64,000 nt of DNA from Candidatus Kerfeldbacteria bacterium (GTDB lineage Bacteria; Patescibacteriota; Patescibacteriia; UBA10025; JAHIVO01): the NCBI GenBank assembly GCA_047946875.1, contig CP181398.1:969041-1033040 (forward strand). The letters run 5' to 3'. The number at the start of each line of letters is the position of its first letter. Positions within the stretch are counted from its first letter, which is position 1. This document shows positions 52,045-61,247 of the stretch, piece after piece. The position numbers and the translations under genes were made by a program. The notes under the pieces were generated by a model. That model ran no database searches. It saw nothing but the letters and a program-made list of their open reading frames with translations, and was not told the origin of the DNA.

Positions 52045-54399
52045 TTATCTATACACTGGTGTTGGACAACATGGATGATCATCATTAGCGGGATTATCAC
52101 AATTAACATTACATTCACAATAACGATTTTCTGGGTCCGTGAAGTTACATTGATAACCGCTTCTACACCCACAATCTAAACAATCTGTTTCAACTAATTC
52201 ACCATCAATACATATTTTTCCAGTATCGCCCACTATATTACATTCTCCTGGCAGAATACCACCTTCACAGATTTGTTCACAATAACCTTCATCAGTACAT
52301 ACGTCTCCATCATCAACACATAGTCCTTCATTATCTCCACAAGCAAAACAATGTGCCCATGAATCAAAACCACAAGTACGATCACCGCAACCACTTACAG
52401 CTGGAGTACTTTCACAGTGTGCATCGGGTGTCCCAGCGTCAACACAAGTATCTACTGTACACCAATCATCATCAGCACAATCTCTGTTAACTTTACAAAG
52501 AAATTCTACTTCTACTGTTAGTTTTCTTTCTTCCATTGGTACACTATCATCAGAAACAGATAGAGGCGTAATTACTACACCTGTTTCTAGATCAGTCCAT
52601 GAGTTATTAAGCTGAAGTGCTGTATTTTTGCATACACCACCCCAAGGTGAACAATTTCCGCAACCACCATAAGGAGGTCCACAAAGATCAAGAAGGAATG
52701 ATTTATTTCTATGAAAATCAATTCCAGCTGAACGCTCTGTGGTATGAATAAGTGCGCCAGTCATAAGATTAGACCAATTAACTGCAAACTCATCAAAACC
52801 AATTGGTTGACGATACTCAATGTATATATAGTGATCATCTCCTCGTGGTATTTTTATGGCTTTAAGTTTTAATCTATCAGAAATTTCAATAGGATATAAT
52901 TCATATGTTCCACTATTGGTAATAGTTTGAATTTCAATACCATTCATCCATCCTGTTACATCTTTATGGAGAGCATTATAGTGAGACATTGAATAATAAC
53001 CCATAATATCATGAGCATCTTTATATTCATCACTACTATTAAAAACACATTCGCTCAATGGAGTTGTAAGTGCGTTACAGCGAAGAAGTGCTGCATGTTT
53101 ACTACCAAGATTATGTCCGAATTCATGTCCAACAATCCTTGAAGAATTATTAAGATCAAATTCATAATTTGGATATTCCGGATCTTCATAAGGAGGGAAG
53201 TATTCTGAAATAGCTGTCATATAACTTATACTATACTCGTCACCAGACTCCGTACCAGGCACGGTAATAGCATCTTGATCATATGATCCAAGGGTTGCCG
53301 ATCCAAGCCACCCACACGAATCTCCGTCACTATGTTGCCATGGTGCTATTGCTACCACATGATCGTATTCCGTAAAATCAATACCATTAGCATCATAAGC
53401 AACTTGCATAGATTGTTCAAAAAAAGTTTCCCATATTTGATCCTCTTCCCCATGATCACATGTTTTATTCATACTAATCTTATACCGTGAATTTGGATTA
53501 ATAGGATAAATATCAGCTGAGGCTGTAGGGTTTGCTATACCTGCAAAGTGTAGTTGATTATATGAATTTTCTACATAGTAATCATCAACATTATCCATAA
53601 CTTTTCCGATAGTTTCATGCTCCGGGCTTGATTCAGAAGTATTGGCAAAATCAACTTTTAATATTATGGTCTTGCGCTCACCAAGGTATGCTCTACTAGA
53701 CTTTTCTAGAGTTACTCTATAGCCTGAAAGACTATTTGCAGACTTTTCAGCAAGGTTGTTTGCTCCATCAAATAATAGTTTATTATCAATAGTATAGCCA
53801 ACTATTTGAGCTACTGTTCTGGAAGTTGTTATTTCTGGTGGTGGTGTTGAAGGGAATAAACTTATTCTATTATTATTTGATACAAAGGTATATAGTTCTT
53901 TACTTATGCCTTCTTCAAAACCATCAAAAGTAGTTATATAGACTTTTCCATCATAAGTATTTAATATTTCTGTACAATTATTAGAGTAGGTATTTACTTT
54001 ATCTAGCTCTGCTTTGGTAAATACTGAATCCAAAGCTGCGGATGAATCTACCTGCATCAGATCTGATAAAAGCTGTTTTCTTTCAATAATGAGTTCTTGT
54101 ATTAAACTGACATTCTTGCCTACTGAAAGTGCTTGTCTGAGATCAATATTTAATTTACCCATAGAGTTTGTCATCTCTTCAATGTCAGTACTATCTGCTA
54201 CTAGTTTTTCTAATACCAGTGGCCTTGATTCAATACAAGTTACTTTTACTATCTTTTGTTCAACAAATGATATTGGTGTACTAAAAAACCCAACAACAAT
54301 CCCTGCTGCCAAACACAAAGACGCTCCCATCATCAGAGCAACGCCAATCTTTTCTTCAATTGAAACTTTAGTTTTTACTTGTACTTCGTTTGATTCCAT
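52045..54399 (-). CDS. M11-like zinc metallopeptidase with Cys-rich C-terminus
   Basis: HEFGHNLGSKH and DIMG; ends CCPTPVYR. Confidence 0.85.
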   Translation of the reverse strand: MESNEVQVKTKVSIEEKIGVALMMGASLCLAAGIVVGFFSTPISFVEQKIVKVTCIESRPLVLEKLVADSTDIEEMTNSMGKLNIDLRQALSVGKNVSLIQELIIERKQLLSDLMQVDSSAALDSVFTKAELDKVNTYSNNCTEILNTYDGKVYITTFDGFEEGISKELYTFVSNNNRISLFPSTPPPEITTSRTVAQIVGYTIDNKLLFDGANNLAEKSANSLSGYRVTLEKSSRAYLGERKTIILKVDFANTSESSPEHETIGKVMDNVDDYYVENSYNQLHFAGIANPTASADIYPINPNSRYKISMNKTCDHGEEDQIWETFFEQSMQVAYDANGIDFTEYDHVVAIAPWQHSDGDSCGWLGSATLGSYDQDAITVPGTESGDEYSISYMTAISEYFPPYEDPEYPNYEFDLNNSSRIVGHEFGHNLGSKHAALLRCNALTTPLSECVFNSSDEYKDAHDIMGYYSMSHYNALHKDVTGWMNGIEIQTITNSGTYELYPIEISDRLKLKAIKIPRGDDHYIYIEYRQPIGFDEFAVNWSNLMTGALIHTTERSAGIDFHRNKSFLLDLCGPPYGGCGNCSPWGGVCKNTALQLNNSWTDLETGVVITPLSVSDDSVPMEERKLTVEVEFLCKVNRDCADDDWCTVDTCVDAGTPDAHCESTPAVSGCGDRTCGFDSWAHCFACGDNEGLCVDDGDVCTDEGYCEQICEGGILPGECNIVGDTGKICIDGELVETDCLDCGCRSGYQCNFTDPENRYCECNVNCDNPANDDHPCCPTPVYR

Positions 54400-54525
54400 A
54401 AGCCTATATTTCTATATATTTAAAATATTAAATTTAATATTAAAAAGCGGAGGAAATTCAAATAATATATTTCACCCCCACCCAACTATTAATTACCAAA
54501 CGATCTATTATTATTTTTTTGTTGA

Positions 54526-54571
54526 GTTCATTTCTACCCTAACTATGGCACAAAAAATCCCTTTAGTCAAT
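54526..54571 (-). promoter_or_regulatory. Conserved promoter, copy 2
   Basis: TTGACT-AAAGGGATTTTTTGTGC-CATAGT-TAGGGTAGAAA. Confidence 0.7.
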
Positions 54572-54651
54572 CTCTTTGAAATTAATAAACTAATAAATTA
54601 AAATATTATGAATTGCCAATTAATATTATAAAAACTATTTACCTATATACC

Positions 54652-54679
54652 AAAACACCACGGATATATATCCGTGGTG
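54652..54679 (-). terminator. Intrinsic terminator after the S8 gene
   Basis: Perfect palindrome CACCACGGATATATATCCGTGGTG plus T4 on the minus strand. Confidence 0.75.
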
Positions 54680-54736
54680 AAATGGTTACCCCTAAATTTA
54701 ATGATTTAAGGAATCATATTATATTCTATGAAAAGA

Positions 54737-57700
54737 TTACTCTATTCCTGCCGCTGGCTGTGACTGCAAACCGCCACACTGCCATGAACCACCTAATTTT
54801 TTGCAACACTCTCCCCCCATACATGTATATCCTGTGGAACACGCTACTCCGCATAAACCACATTGATTTATATATTGCCCACTCTCATTACAATAATCAC
54901 TTCCATTACACTCGCCAGAGGGTGTGCCATCATAACATTGAACATCATTGAATGAATAATTACTCGTGTTTAAAAAATCATGGTACCGTTTTGGCCAGTC
55001 AGACCTATAATCAACACCGTCAAAACTAACAACAAACAACAGCCCATAGTCGCCTGGTACTACTAAATTTGCATATCCATCGTCATCGGCATCAGCTATT
55101 ACCGGATTAACAAACCTACTTACAAGATTAATTGGAAAATCTGGTAGCATGTTTCCATCTTTATCAAAAGCATAAACATAGCCAAATTCATTCATCCCGC
55201 AAATTATTTCAGAAATTCCATCTCCTGTAATATCCCCGATCACTGCTCCGCTCGCTAAGCCTAATTCACCAAAATCGTTAATGAAAACATCTTTTGGAAC
55301 TTTAAACCGTAACGTGGCATTGCCATTAGCATCAAGATCCCACACCGACAAATCATGGCCAGTATATACGATTTCTAAAGTACCGTCATGTTCTAAATCT
55401 GTCACTACCGGAGCTGCCTTTACAGTTGAAAAGGGGCTGTAATATGGATCAACTGGAACACCATACGGAGAATTACCAATATGATTACCAGAAGAATCAA
55501 GGATACTCATTCCTCCCTGAAAACCGAGAATAAGCTCTTCTGATGCATCTCCTGTTATATTTGCTAACGTTACCTCGGATAATTCCGGAAAGGTCATAGC
55601 ATACGAACCGACTGGGAAATTAACAATATTGTCATTGGTAGTTATGTCAATCGCGTGTATATCAGCCCAACGCTCGGAAGCAGTAGGTGCATCATAATGT
55701 AAAACTGTATGAATAATTTCTTTATTCCCGTCACCATTCAGATCTGCTACAGATGGAGTGGATTTTACTTTTATATCACCAGGTATTGCATAGGGTGCTA
55801 AAAAATCAGATCCATCATCGTTTAAAACATATCGTGTAATTCTGTCGCTCATTACAATAATTTCCAAATCACCATCACCATCCAGATCACTAACTACCGG
55901 TTGCGGTCCAGCAACAAAACCATAATAAAAATCTGAATAGCTTATACCATCACGTTGCCAAAGTATGGATCCGTCATCGTTATAGACATAAAAATTACCA
56001 TCCAAAGCCGCCACAAGCAATTCAAGATCTCCATTTTGATCCAAATCAACCACTACTGGCGAACCCCAGTAACCCCATTCATTTTCAACCGGCCAACCTA
56101 CTAAATCATTTCCTAAATGGTCAAAAGCGTAAATTTTTCGTACCGTTAATCCGCCTCCTTCAGAACACATTTTACAAGGTCCTGATGCAATAATATAATC
56201 CGTAACGCCATTCTGATCAAAATCAACCACCAACGGCGTAGTAATAAAAACTTCACCATCTCCAGTTAATTCATATATTATTTCAACATCCATGTTAGTA
56301 GTATTAGAATATGAATCTTCTATATGCCAAACATTTATTTTATCAACACTCTTTTCACCAGTATATGATTGAACTGTAAGCCGGATAGTAGAAGAAGATC
56401 CATGGTTTAATAACCTTGAATCATCTATTTGAGCTAATAATCCATTGGTTACCGCAGTAGTTGATTCAGTAACTAGTGTCCATGAATCAGGATAAGCATA
56501 ATTGCCATATTCAACCTTATAGCTAATAAAATCAGTTCCTCCAGCTGATCCCTCAATATTAATAACTTCACCTGAACCATCTATATGAAAATTTTTAAAA
56601 TACCTATCATCATAGTCGGGGCTTAAAAAAGCTAATGGTGGAGAATCAATCTGTAGCGCCTGATAAAGATTTATCCGACCGGTCCCAACATAGTCACTTC
56701 GTTGGCCAATTAATATATCATTTACTCCTGTATGCAGGATATTTTTAACATCTTGGGCATCCAAACTTGGATCTTTAGATAAAATTAAACCCGCTAAACC
56801 AACCACTTGTGGTGTGGCCATGCTGGTACCAGACCAAGAAGCATAATTATTTCCCGGCAAAGCACTTAATATCTCATGTCCCGGTGCTGCAACATCCACC
56901 CATGAACCATAAGTAGAAAAATAAGCCCTAGTATCATTACTATCAGTTGCTGCTACTGAAATAACAGCGTCATAAGCGGCGGGATAGTTTTGGGTGATTA
57001 TAAAATCATTTCCCGCAGCTGCAACTAAAACAACTCCCTGATCAGCTGCATAATCAATAGCTGCCTCTTCATCCGAATTATATGGACCACCATAGCTCAT
57101 ATTTATCACACTTGCTCCATTATCAGCAGCATAATGCAATGCCTGAATTGTATCACTTTTCAATAATGCCGCATTTCCATTAGTTCTCTTCCATCCTGCC
57201 CGTAACGGCATAATACTACAATCCTGACATACGCCGGCAATGCCTATTCCATTATTAGTTACTGCGGCTGCAATACCGGAAACATGCGTGCCGTGACCAT
57301 AAACATCCATTGGATCGCTATCCTCAATAGTACAATCCTCATCAGCCGCACACAACTCTAATGCAGTCGTTCCTTCCAGATTAACAAAGTCATAACCTGC
57401 CATCATATTAGCAGACAAATCTTCATGGTTATAATCAACGCCAGTATCAATAACCGCAATAATAACTGACGAGTTACCTGTTGTAATTCCCCAACCTTGC
57501 TCAGACTCCATTACTTGGTGAGACCACTGGTCAGAAAACATAGGATCATTAGTCAAGACATAAGAGTAATAATTTGGTTCTACATTTTCAATACTGGCAT
57601 CCTTTTCAAACTCCTTAATAATATCAACAATATTTTCATCTGCATCTTGGTCAAATTTAATCAAGAAGAGACCTTCCCAATTATGCTCTCCACGATCATT

Positions 57701-58132
57701 TGCATTAGGAACTAGTTGCTCAATGTTAGTCTCAAGTACCGGTGGCAAAGAACGGTTTAACTTAGATAGTGATAACAATTTTTGAGCAACTTCCTTTTCC
57801 GTATCAATGCCAGAATTTTTGGTAAAACGGACCAACAACTGACCTAATGCATAATTTTTTACTAATTCCTCACCGCAAGAGACAATTTCGCCATTTGAAT
57901 CCTTTTTTGAAATACACGGTATTTCATAATCAATAACTTCTTTTTCTTCTACAACATCAGGTATAGGTTGTAAAACACTTTTTTCTGTTTTATCGGTTAA
58001 ATCACCAATTGTTGTTATTAACGCAATTCCAAGTAGAGCTGCTGCTACCACACCAAACGCCAAACCTACAATAAGGCGTGTTTTGGTAGTTGACTTGGTA
58101 ATTGTTTCTTGTTTGTCAGGTTGATTTTCCAT
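54737..58132 (-). CDS. S8 subtilisin-like serine protease with FG-GAP repeats and Cys-rich tail
   Basis: Catalytic triad IDTG, HGTHVSG, GTSMATP; oxyanion AAGN; DLDGDGDLEII repeats. Confidence 0.92.
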   Translation of the reverse strand: MENQPDKQETITKSTTKTRLIVGLAFGVVAAALLGIALITTIGDLTDKTEKSVLQPIPDVVEEKEVIDYEIPCISKKDSNGEIVSCGEELVKNYALGQLLVRFTKNSGIDTEKEVAQKLLSLSKLNRSLPPVLETNIEQLVPNANDRGEHNWEGLFLIKFDQDADENIVDIIKEFEKDASIENVEPNYYSYVLTNDPMFSDQWSHQVMESEQGWGITTGNSSVIIAVIDTGVDYNHEDLSANMMAGYDFVNLEGTTALELCAADEDCTIEDSDPMDVYGHGTHVSGIAAAVTNNGIGIAGVCQDCSIMPLRAGWKRTNGNAALLKSDTIQALHYAADNGASVINMSYGGPYNSDEEAAIDYAADQGVVLVAAAGNDFIITQNYPAAYDAVISVAATDSNDTRAYFSTYGSWVDVAAPGHEILSALPGNNYASWSGTSMATPQVVGLAGLILSKDPSLDAQDVKNILHTGVNDILIGQRSDYVGTGRINLYQALQIDSPPLAFLSPDYDDRYFKNFHIDGSGEVINIEGSAGGTDFISYKVEYGNYAYPDSWTLVTESTTAVTNGLLAQIDDSRLLNHGSSSTIRLTVQSYTGEKSVDKINVWHIEDSYSNTTNMDVEIIYELTGDGEVFITTPLVVDFDQNGVTDYIIASGPCKMCSEGGGLTVRKIYAFDHLGNDLVGWPVENEWGYWGSPVVVDLDQNGDLELLVAALDGNFYVYNDDGSILWQRDGISYSDFYYGFVAGPQPVVSDLDGDGDLEIIVMSDRITRYVLNDDGSDFLAPYAIPGDIKVKSTPSVADLNGDGNKEIIHTVLHYDAPTASERWADIHAIDITTNDNIVNFPVGSYAMTFPELSEVTLANITGDASEELILGFQGGMSILDSSGNHIGNSPYGVPVDPYYSPFSTVKAAPVVTDLEHDGTLEIVYTGHDLSVWDLDANGNATLRFKVPKDVFINDFGELGLASGAVIGDITGDGISEIICGMNEFGYVYAFDKDGNMLPDFPINLVSRFVNPVIADADDDGYANLVVPGDYGLLFVVSFDGVDYRSDWPKRYHDFLNTSNYSFNDVQCYDGTPSGECNGSDYCNESGQYINQCGLCGVACSTGYTCMGGECCKKLGGSWQCGGLQSQPAAGIE

Positions 58133-58169
58133 ATTTTTTATAATTTTATTAATTATGCTAAATATTAAA

Positions 58170-58210
58170 TTTCTACCTTAACTATAGCACAAAAAAGCCC
58201 TTTAGTCAAT
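58170..58210 (-). promoter_or_regulatory. Conserved promoter, copy 1
   Basis: TTGACT-AAAGGGCTTTTTTGTGC-TATAGT-TAAGGTAGAAA. Confidence 0.75.
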
Positions 58211-58247
58211 TTGAAACTAAATATTTTTTTTATTTATTTAGATAATT

Positions 58248-58754
58248 TTATGGCACTGCTATTCCATCCGGATTTGCTACATGCATCCCCGGATTAATAT
58301 CATTAACTCCAACTTCAAGAGTATAAGTCATGTCATAATACATATATGGACTTGCTCCTATTCCCGTATAATTATATTCTGTTCCATTCAAAGAAGGATC
58401 TGTGGGAACTATTTCCATATAATCTGGTACCAACCCTTCAAAATTATCTGGATAATTTCCATTATTATCTTTATAATTTTCCAAAGCTTCCTGCATTTTT
58501 TTAATATCAGTAAGTCTTGTCTCATCTCTATCTGATGCTTCGTTACTTTCTTCTTCAGTTAACTCTTTGGCTGGTTCACCAATCGTTTCTTCGTTAATAG
58601 CAGTTGGTTGAAAAGATGTTTCTGGTCCAGTATTAACGATAGCTCCCTGATTACTTTCTTCCTGCCACAAAGCAAAACCAAACAGAATTAACAATGCAAC
58701 GACTGCAATGATTATAATAGTTGGAAATCTTTTTTCACTATTAATAATTTTCAT
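58248..58754 (-). CDS. GspG/pilin-like domain membrane protein
   Basis: TM helix, then RDETRLTDIKKMQEALENYKDNNGNYP..LVPDY...PTDP; no canonical prepilin cleavage motif. Confidence 0.7.
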   Translation of the reverse strand: MKIINSEKRFPTIIIIAVVALLILFGFALWQEESNQGAIVNTGPETSFQPTAINEETIGEPAKELTEEESNEASDRDETRLTDIKKMQEALENYKDNNGNYPDNFEGLVPDYMEIVPTDPSLNGTEYNYTGIGASPYMYYDMTYTLEVGVNDINPGMHVANPDGIAVP

Positions 58755-58821
58755 ATTAGATAAATTATACCGCAAATAAAAAAGACTGTCGATATAATCA
58801 ACAGCCTTAAGTCAATTTCTT

Positions 58822-59826
58822 CTAGTTGAACATCCCATCAATAGCACTAATAGAATCATTAATATGAGTACGATAAATTGCTTCGCCAATGAGCTCACCG
58901 CATGGCACGATTGTTACCAAATCAGATGGCAAATCACCATTGCTCCGTCTAATAGAATCTGTCACATAGACATGTTTCAAGGCGCCTGATTTCTGAGCCG
59001 CTAATAATTTTTCGACACACTGTCCCGAAAATTGACCATGTGTAATAAATACATATACACCAATAACGCCCATTTCTACAAGTTTATCGATAAGTGCAAT
59101 CAACGTTCCGCCTGTATCCAAAATGTCATCAAAGATAGCAGCAATCTTGCCTTTAACATCGCCATGTATCTTCCGGATAGTTACTTTACCAGTAGTTGGG
59201 TGGCGATGTTTATCACCAACCACATAATCAAGCTGAAGATGCTTAGCATATGATTCTGCGATTGCACCGGCACCGATATCTGGGGCAACAGGAACCACAA
59301 GTGATATATCATCACCTAGCTGTTGTTTCAAAGCCCGAATGAATATATCTCTTGGGTAAAGTAAATCAGATGACGCATCCGAAAATACAGCTTGAACCTG
59401 TGGAAAATGCGGTTGCATTATCATGATATGACGTTCGGGCACACCACGCATTGCGTTTTCAATTTCTTGAACATTCATCTGCGCTGTTATTGGTACTCTT
59501 GGCTTATCTTTACGATCCTGCCTAAGCCCGGCCATAAATGGAAAGACTGCTGTAATACGACGCACAGATGAACCGGCTGCTCCTTTTGCAAGTAACTTCA
59601 TATATTTAAAGTTTTCTTCGGGAGAATTTGTTGGCTGTACTACATAAAAATCAGATCCTCTTACACTATCTAGAATCTGGGGTAAAAAATCTCCATCAGG
59701 AAATTTCTTGTCATCCCATTGAGTAAAATCAAATAATTCATCCCCTGACATTTCAATGATTTTACGCTTAATTCCTTGTTTCAAAGTCTCAGCACAAGCT
59801 GGTCCTGCAATTACTTTAAGTTGCAC
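58822..59826 (-). CDS. prs: Ribose-phosphate pyrophosphokinase
   Basis: KFPDGD, SVRG, RQDRK, APDIG and DDILDTGGT motifs; GTG start after AAGGAG. Confidence 0.92.
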   Translation of the reverse strand: MQLKVIAGPACAETLKQGIKRKIIEMSGDELFDFTQWDDKKFPDGDFLPQILDSVRGSDFYVVQPTNSPEENFKYMKLLAKGAAGSSVRRITAVFPFMAGLRQDRKDKPRVPITAQMNVQEIENAMRGVPERHIMIMQPHFPQVQAVFSDASSDLLYPRDIFIRALKQQLGDDISLVVPVAPDIGAGAIAESYAKHLQLDYVVGDKHRHPTTGKVTIRKIHGDVKGKIAAIFDDILDTGGTLIALIDKLVEMGVIGVYVFITHGQFSGQCVEKLLAAQKSGALKHVYVTDSIRRSNGDLPSDLVTIVPCGELIGEAIYRTHINDSISAIDGMFN

Positions 59827-59924
59827 TATACACACTCCTTGTTTATTATATTAATGTTCTATATTTACTATATATTTTAATAGTTATATATTTTAACTCT
59901 GCCACCAAAAACTGTCAAACTTAC

Positions 59925-59952
59925 TTGCAAAATTGCATTATTTCTATATAAT
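59925..59952 (+). promoter_or_regulatory. tRNA promoter
   Basis: TTGCAA-16-TATAAT. Confidence 0.55.
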
Positions 59953-59974
59953 AGTTAGAATGTTATTAATACAA

Positions 59975-60167
59975 GCTGGGATGGTGGAATCCCGCATAAT
60001 ATTGCGGGACAAGCTGGCATATAGTATTAATATCATGCCGAGGTGGTGAAATTGGTAGACACGCTAGCCTTAGGAGCTAGTGCTTGTAAAAGCATGGGAG
60101 TTCAAGTCTCCCCCTCGGCACCACTAATTTAATATTCTAAATAAACTAACCAGTCTTCCCAGCACCA
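59975..60167 (+). pseudogene. Split tRNA remnant (Leu-like) enclosing the intact tRNA
   Basis: 5' GCTGGGATGGTGGAA...CTGGCATA; 3' TCCCAGC-ACCA, perfectly complementary over the 7-bp acceptor stem. Confidence 0.65.
60037..60123 (+). tRNA. tRNA-Leu (anticodon TAG)
   Basis: Acceptor GCCGAGG/CCTCGGC plus ACCA; anticodon arm CTAGC-ctTAGga-GCTAG; long variable arm; GTTCAAGTC T-loop. Confidence 0.96.
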
Positions 60168-60489
60168 AAAAATTGACTATTTACATATAATAGTCTTTTT
60201 TGATTTACAAATACTCATGAATATTATAAAACTCACATTCAACTTGAAAGAAGTTATGCGCTAAAGAAGAAAAACAAGTCATTCATAAATCAAATGACTT
60301 TTATTTTTTAAATATTGCAAGTACTTGACATCCTTTTAGTTTTATATTATATATAATTACTAGCTCATTAAACATTTAAATACTTTTGTAACTAGCCATA
60401 GCCTCAAGATACTCTATTTAGGGTATTTTAAGACTATGGCTACAAAAAGTGGTCCTCTAGTACTAACCTATTCAAAAAGAAGGAGACTA

Positions 60490-61152
60490 ATGATGGGACT
60501 AATCTCAACAGACCAATCTTATCAGGTCATTGCCACTCTTCTTGCCAATACCGATTGGAATAAATTGGATTTCAATCTAAACGCATTGCAAGAATTAGTT
60601 GTTCGTAGCCCAAAAGAGGCTGGACGACATTTTACAGCCTTTCTAAAAAATGGTGGTCGAATGAACTTTCCAGTTTGGAAAATTATCCAACTTGGTAAAA
60701 ATCATAATACTGTTAATGATTATCTTAGATTAATCAGAGACAATTCTAGTGGCACCGCTGAGATATTAGATTTCATGCTAAATCATGATTCTTTCACCAT
60801 AGAAGATACGCCCACATATGTAAATTTAGTTTTACTATCTGTTGCCGATCTTGGCTTCCCACACGGAGCTAAATATGAAGAAGTCTGTGAAAGAGCCTTT
60901 AAGTATGGACTTGAACTCTGTCCAGCAGAAGTGGGACCACAATATGTTTTACAATATGGAAATCAAATAGAAAACGATGATTTTTCGATAGCAATGGAAC
61001 CAATTCATGATACCATCATCTCATATCTATTTAGTATTTCATTTGAAGACAATATTCCCAGGCTCACATGGAATAATGGTCACAAAAACTGCAATTATAA
61101 TGCTAAAAGCAAACTTGCATTCGTCAGCCGTAAGAAATTAGTTTTGTCCTAA
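60490..61152 (+). CDS. Hypothetical protein
   Basis: AGGAG RBS before 60490; SVADLGF...GLELCPAEVGP motif. Confidence 0.7.
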   Translation: MMGLISTDQSYQVIATLLANTDWNKLDFNLNALQELVVRSPKEAGRHFTAFLKNGGRMNFPVWKIIQLGKNHNTVNDYLRLIRDNSSGTAEILDFMLNHDSFTIEDTPTYVNLVLLSVADLGFPHGAKYEEVCERAFKYGLELCPAEVGPQYVLQYGNQIENDDFSIAMEPIHDTIISYLFSISFEDNIPRLTWNNGHKNCNYNAKSKLAFVSRKKLVLS

Positions 61153-61165
61153 GTATTTATATAAC

Positions 61166-61240
61166 ACAACAACCTATACTAATATGGGTTGTTTTATTTT
61201 TTCCAATAAAAAAACCGCCTCACAATAAATGTAAGACGGT
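61166..61240. terminator. Paired terminators for convergent genes
   Basis: AACAACCTAT/ATGGGTTGTT plus T-tract; A7 plus CCGCCT/AGACGG. Confidence 0.55.
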
Positions 61241-61247
61241 GCGCTGG

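Noticed and set aside
36012-52490. Diversity-generating retroelement TR/VR pairs among the repeated C-termini
   Set aside because: Mismatches in the stretch I compared are not confined to adenines, all copies are coding, and there is no reverse transcriptase in the window.
37954-54601. Repeated plus-strand ORFs beginning MVNT(D/E)SKAADES
   Set aside because: They are antisense mirror images of the duplicated M11 pro-regions.
60157-60167. Prophage or island att site at the tRNA 3' end
   Set aside because: The fragment TCCCAGCACCA does not duplicate the intact tRNA end (CCTCGGCACCA), and no integrase or cargo lies between them.
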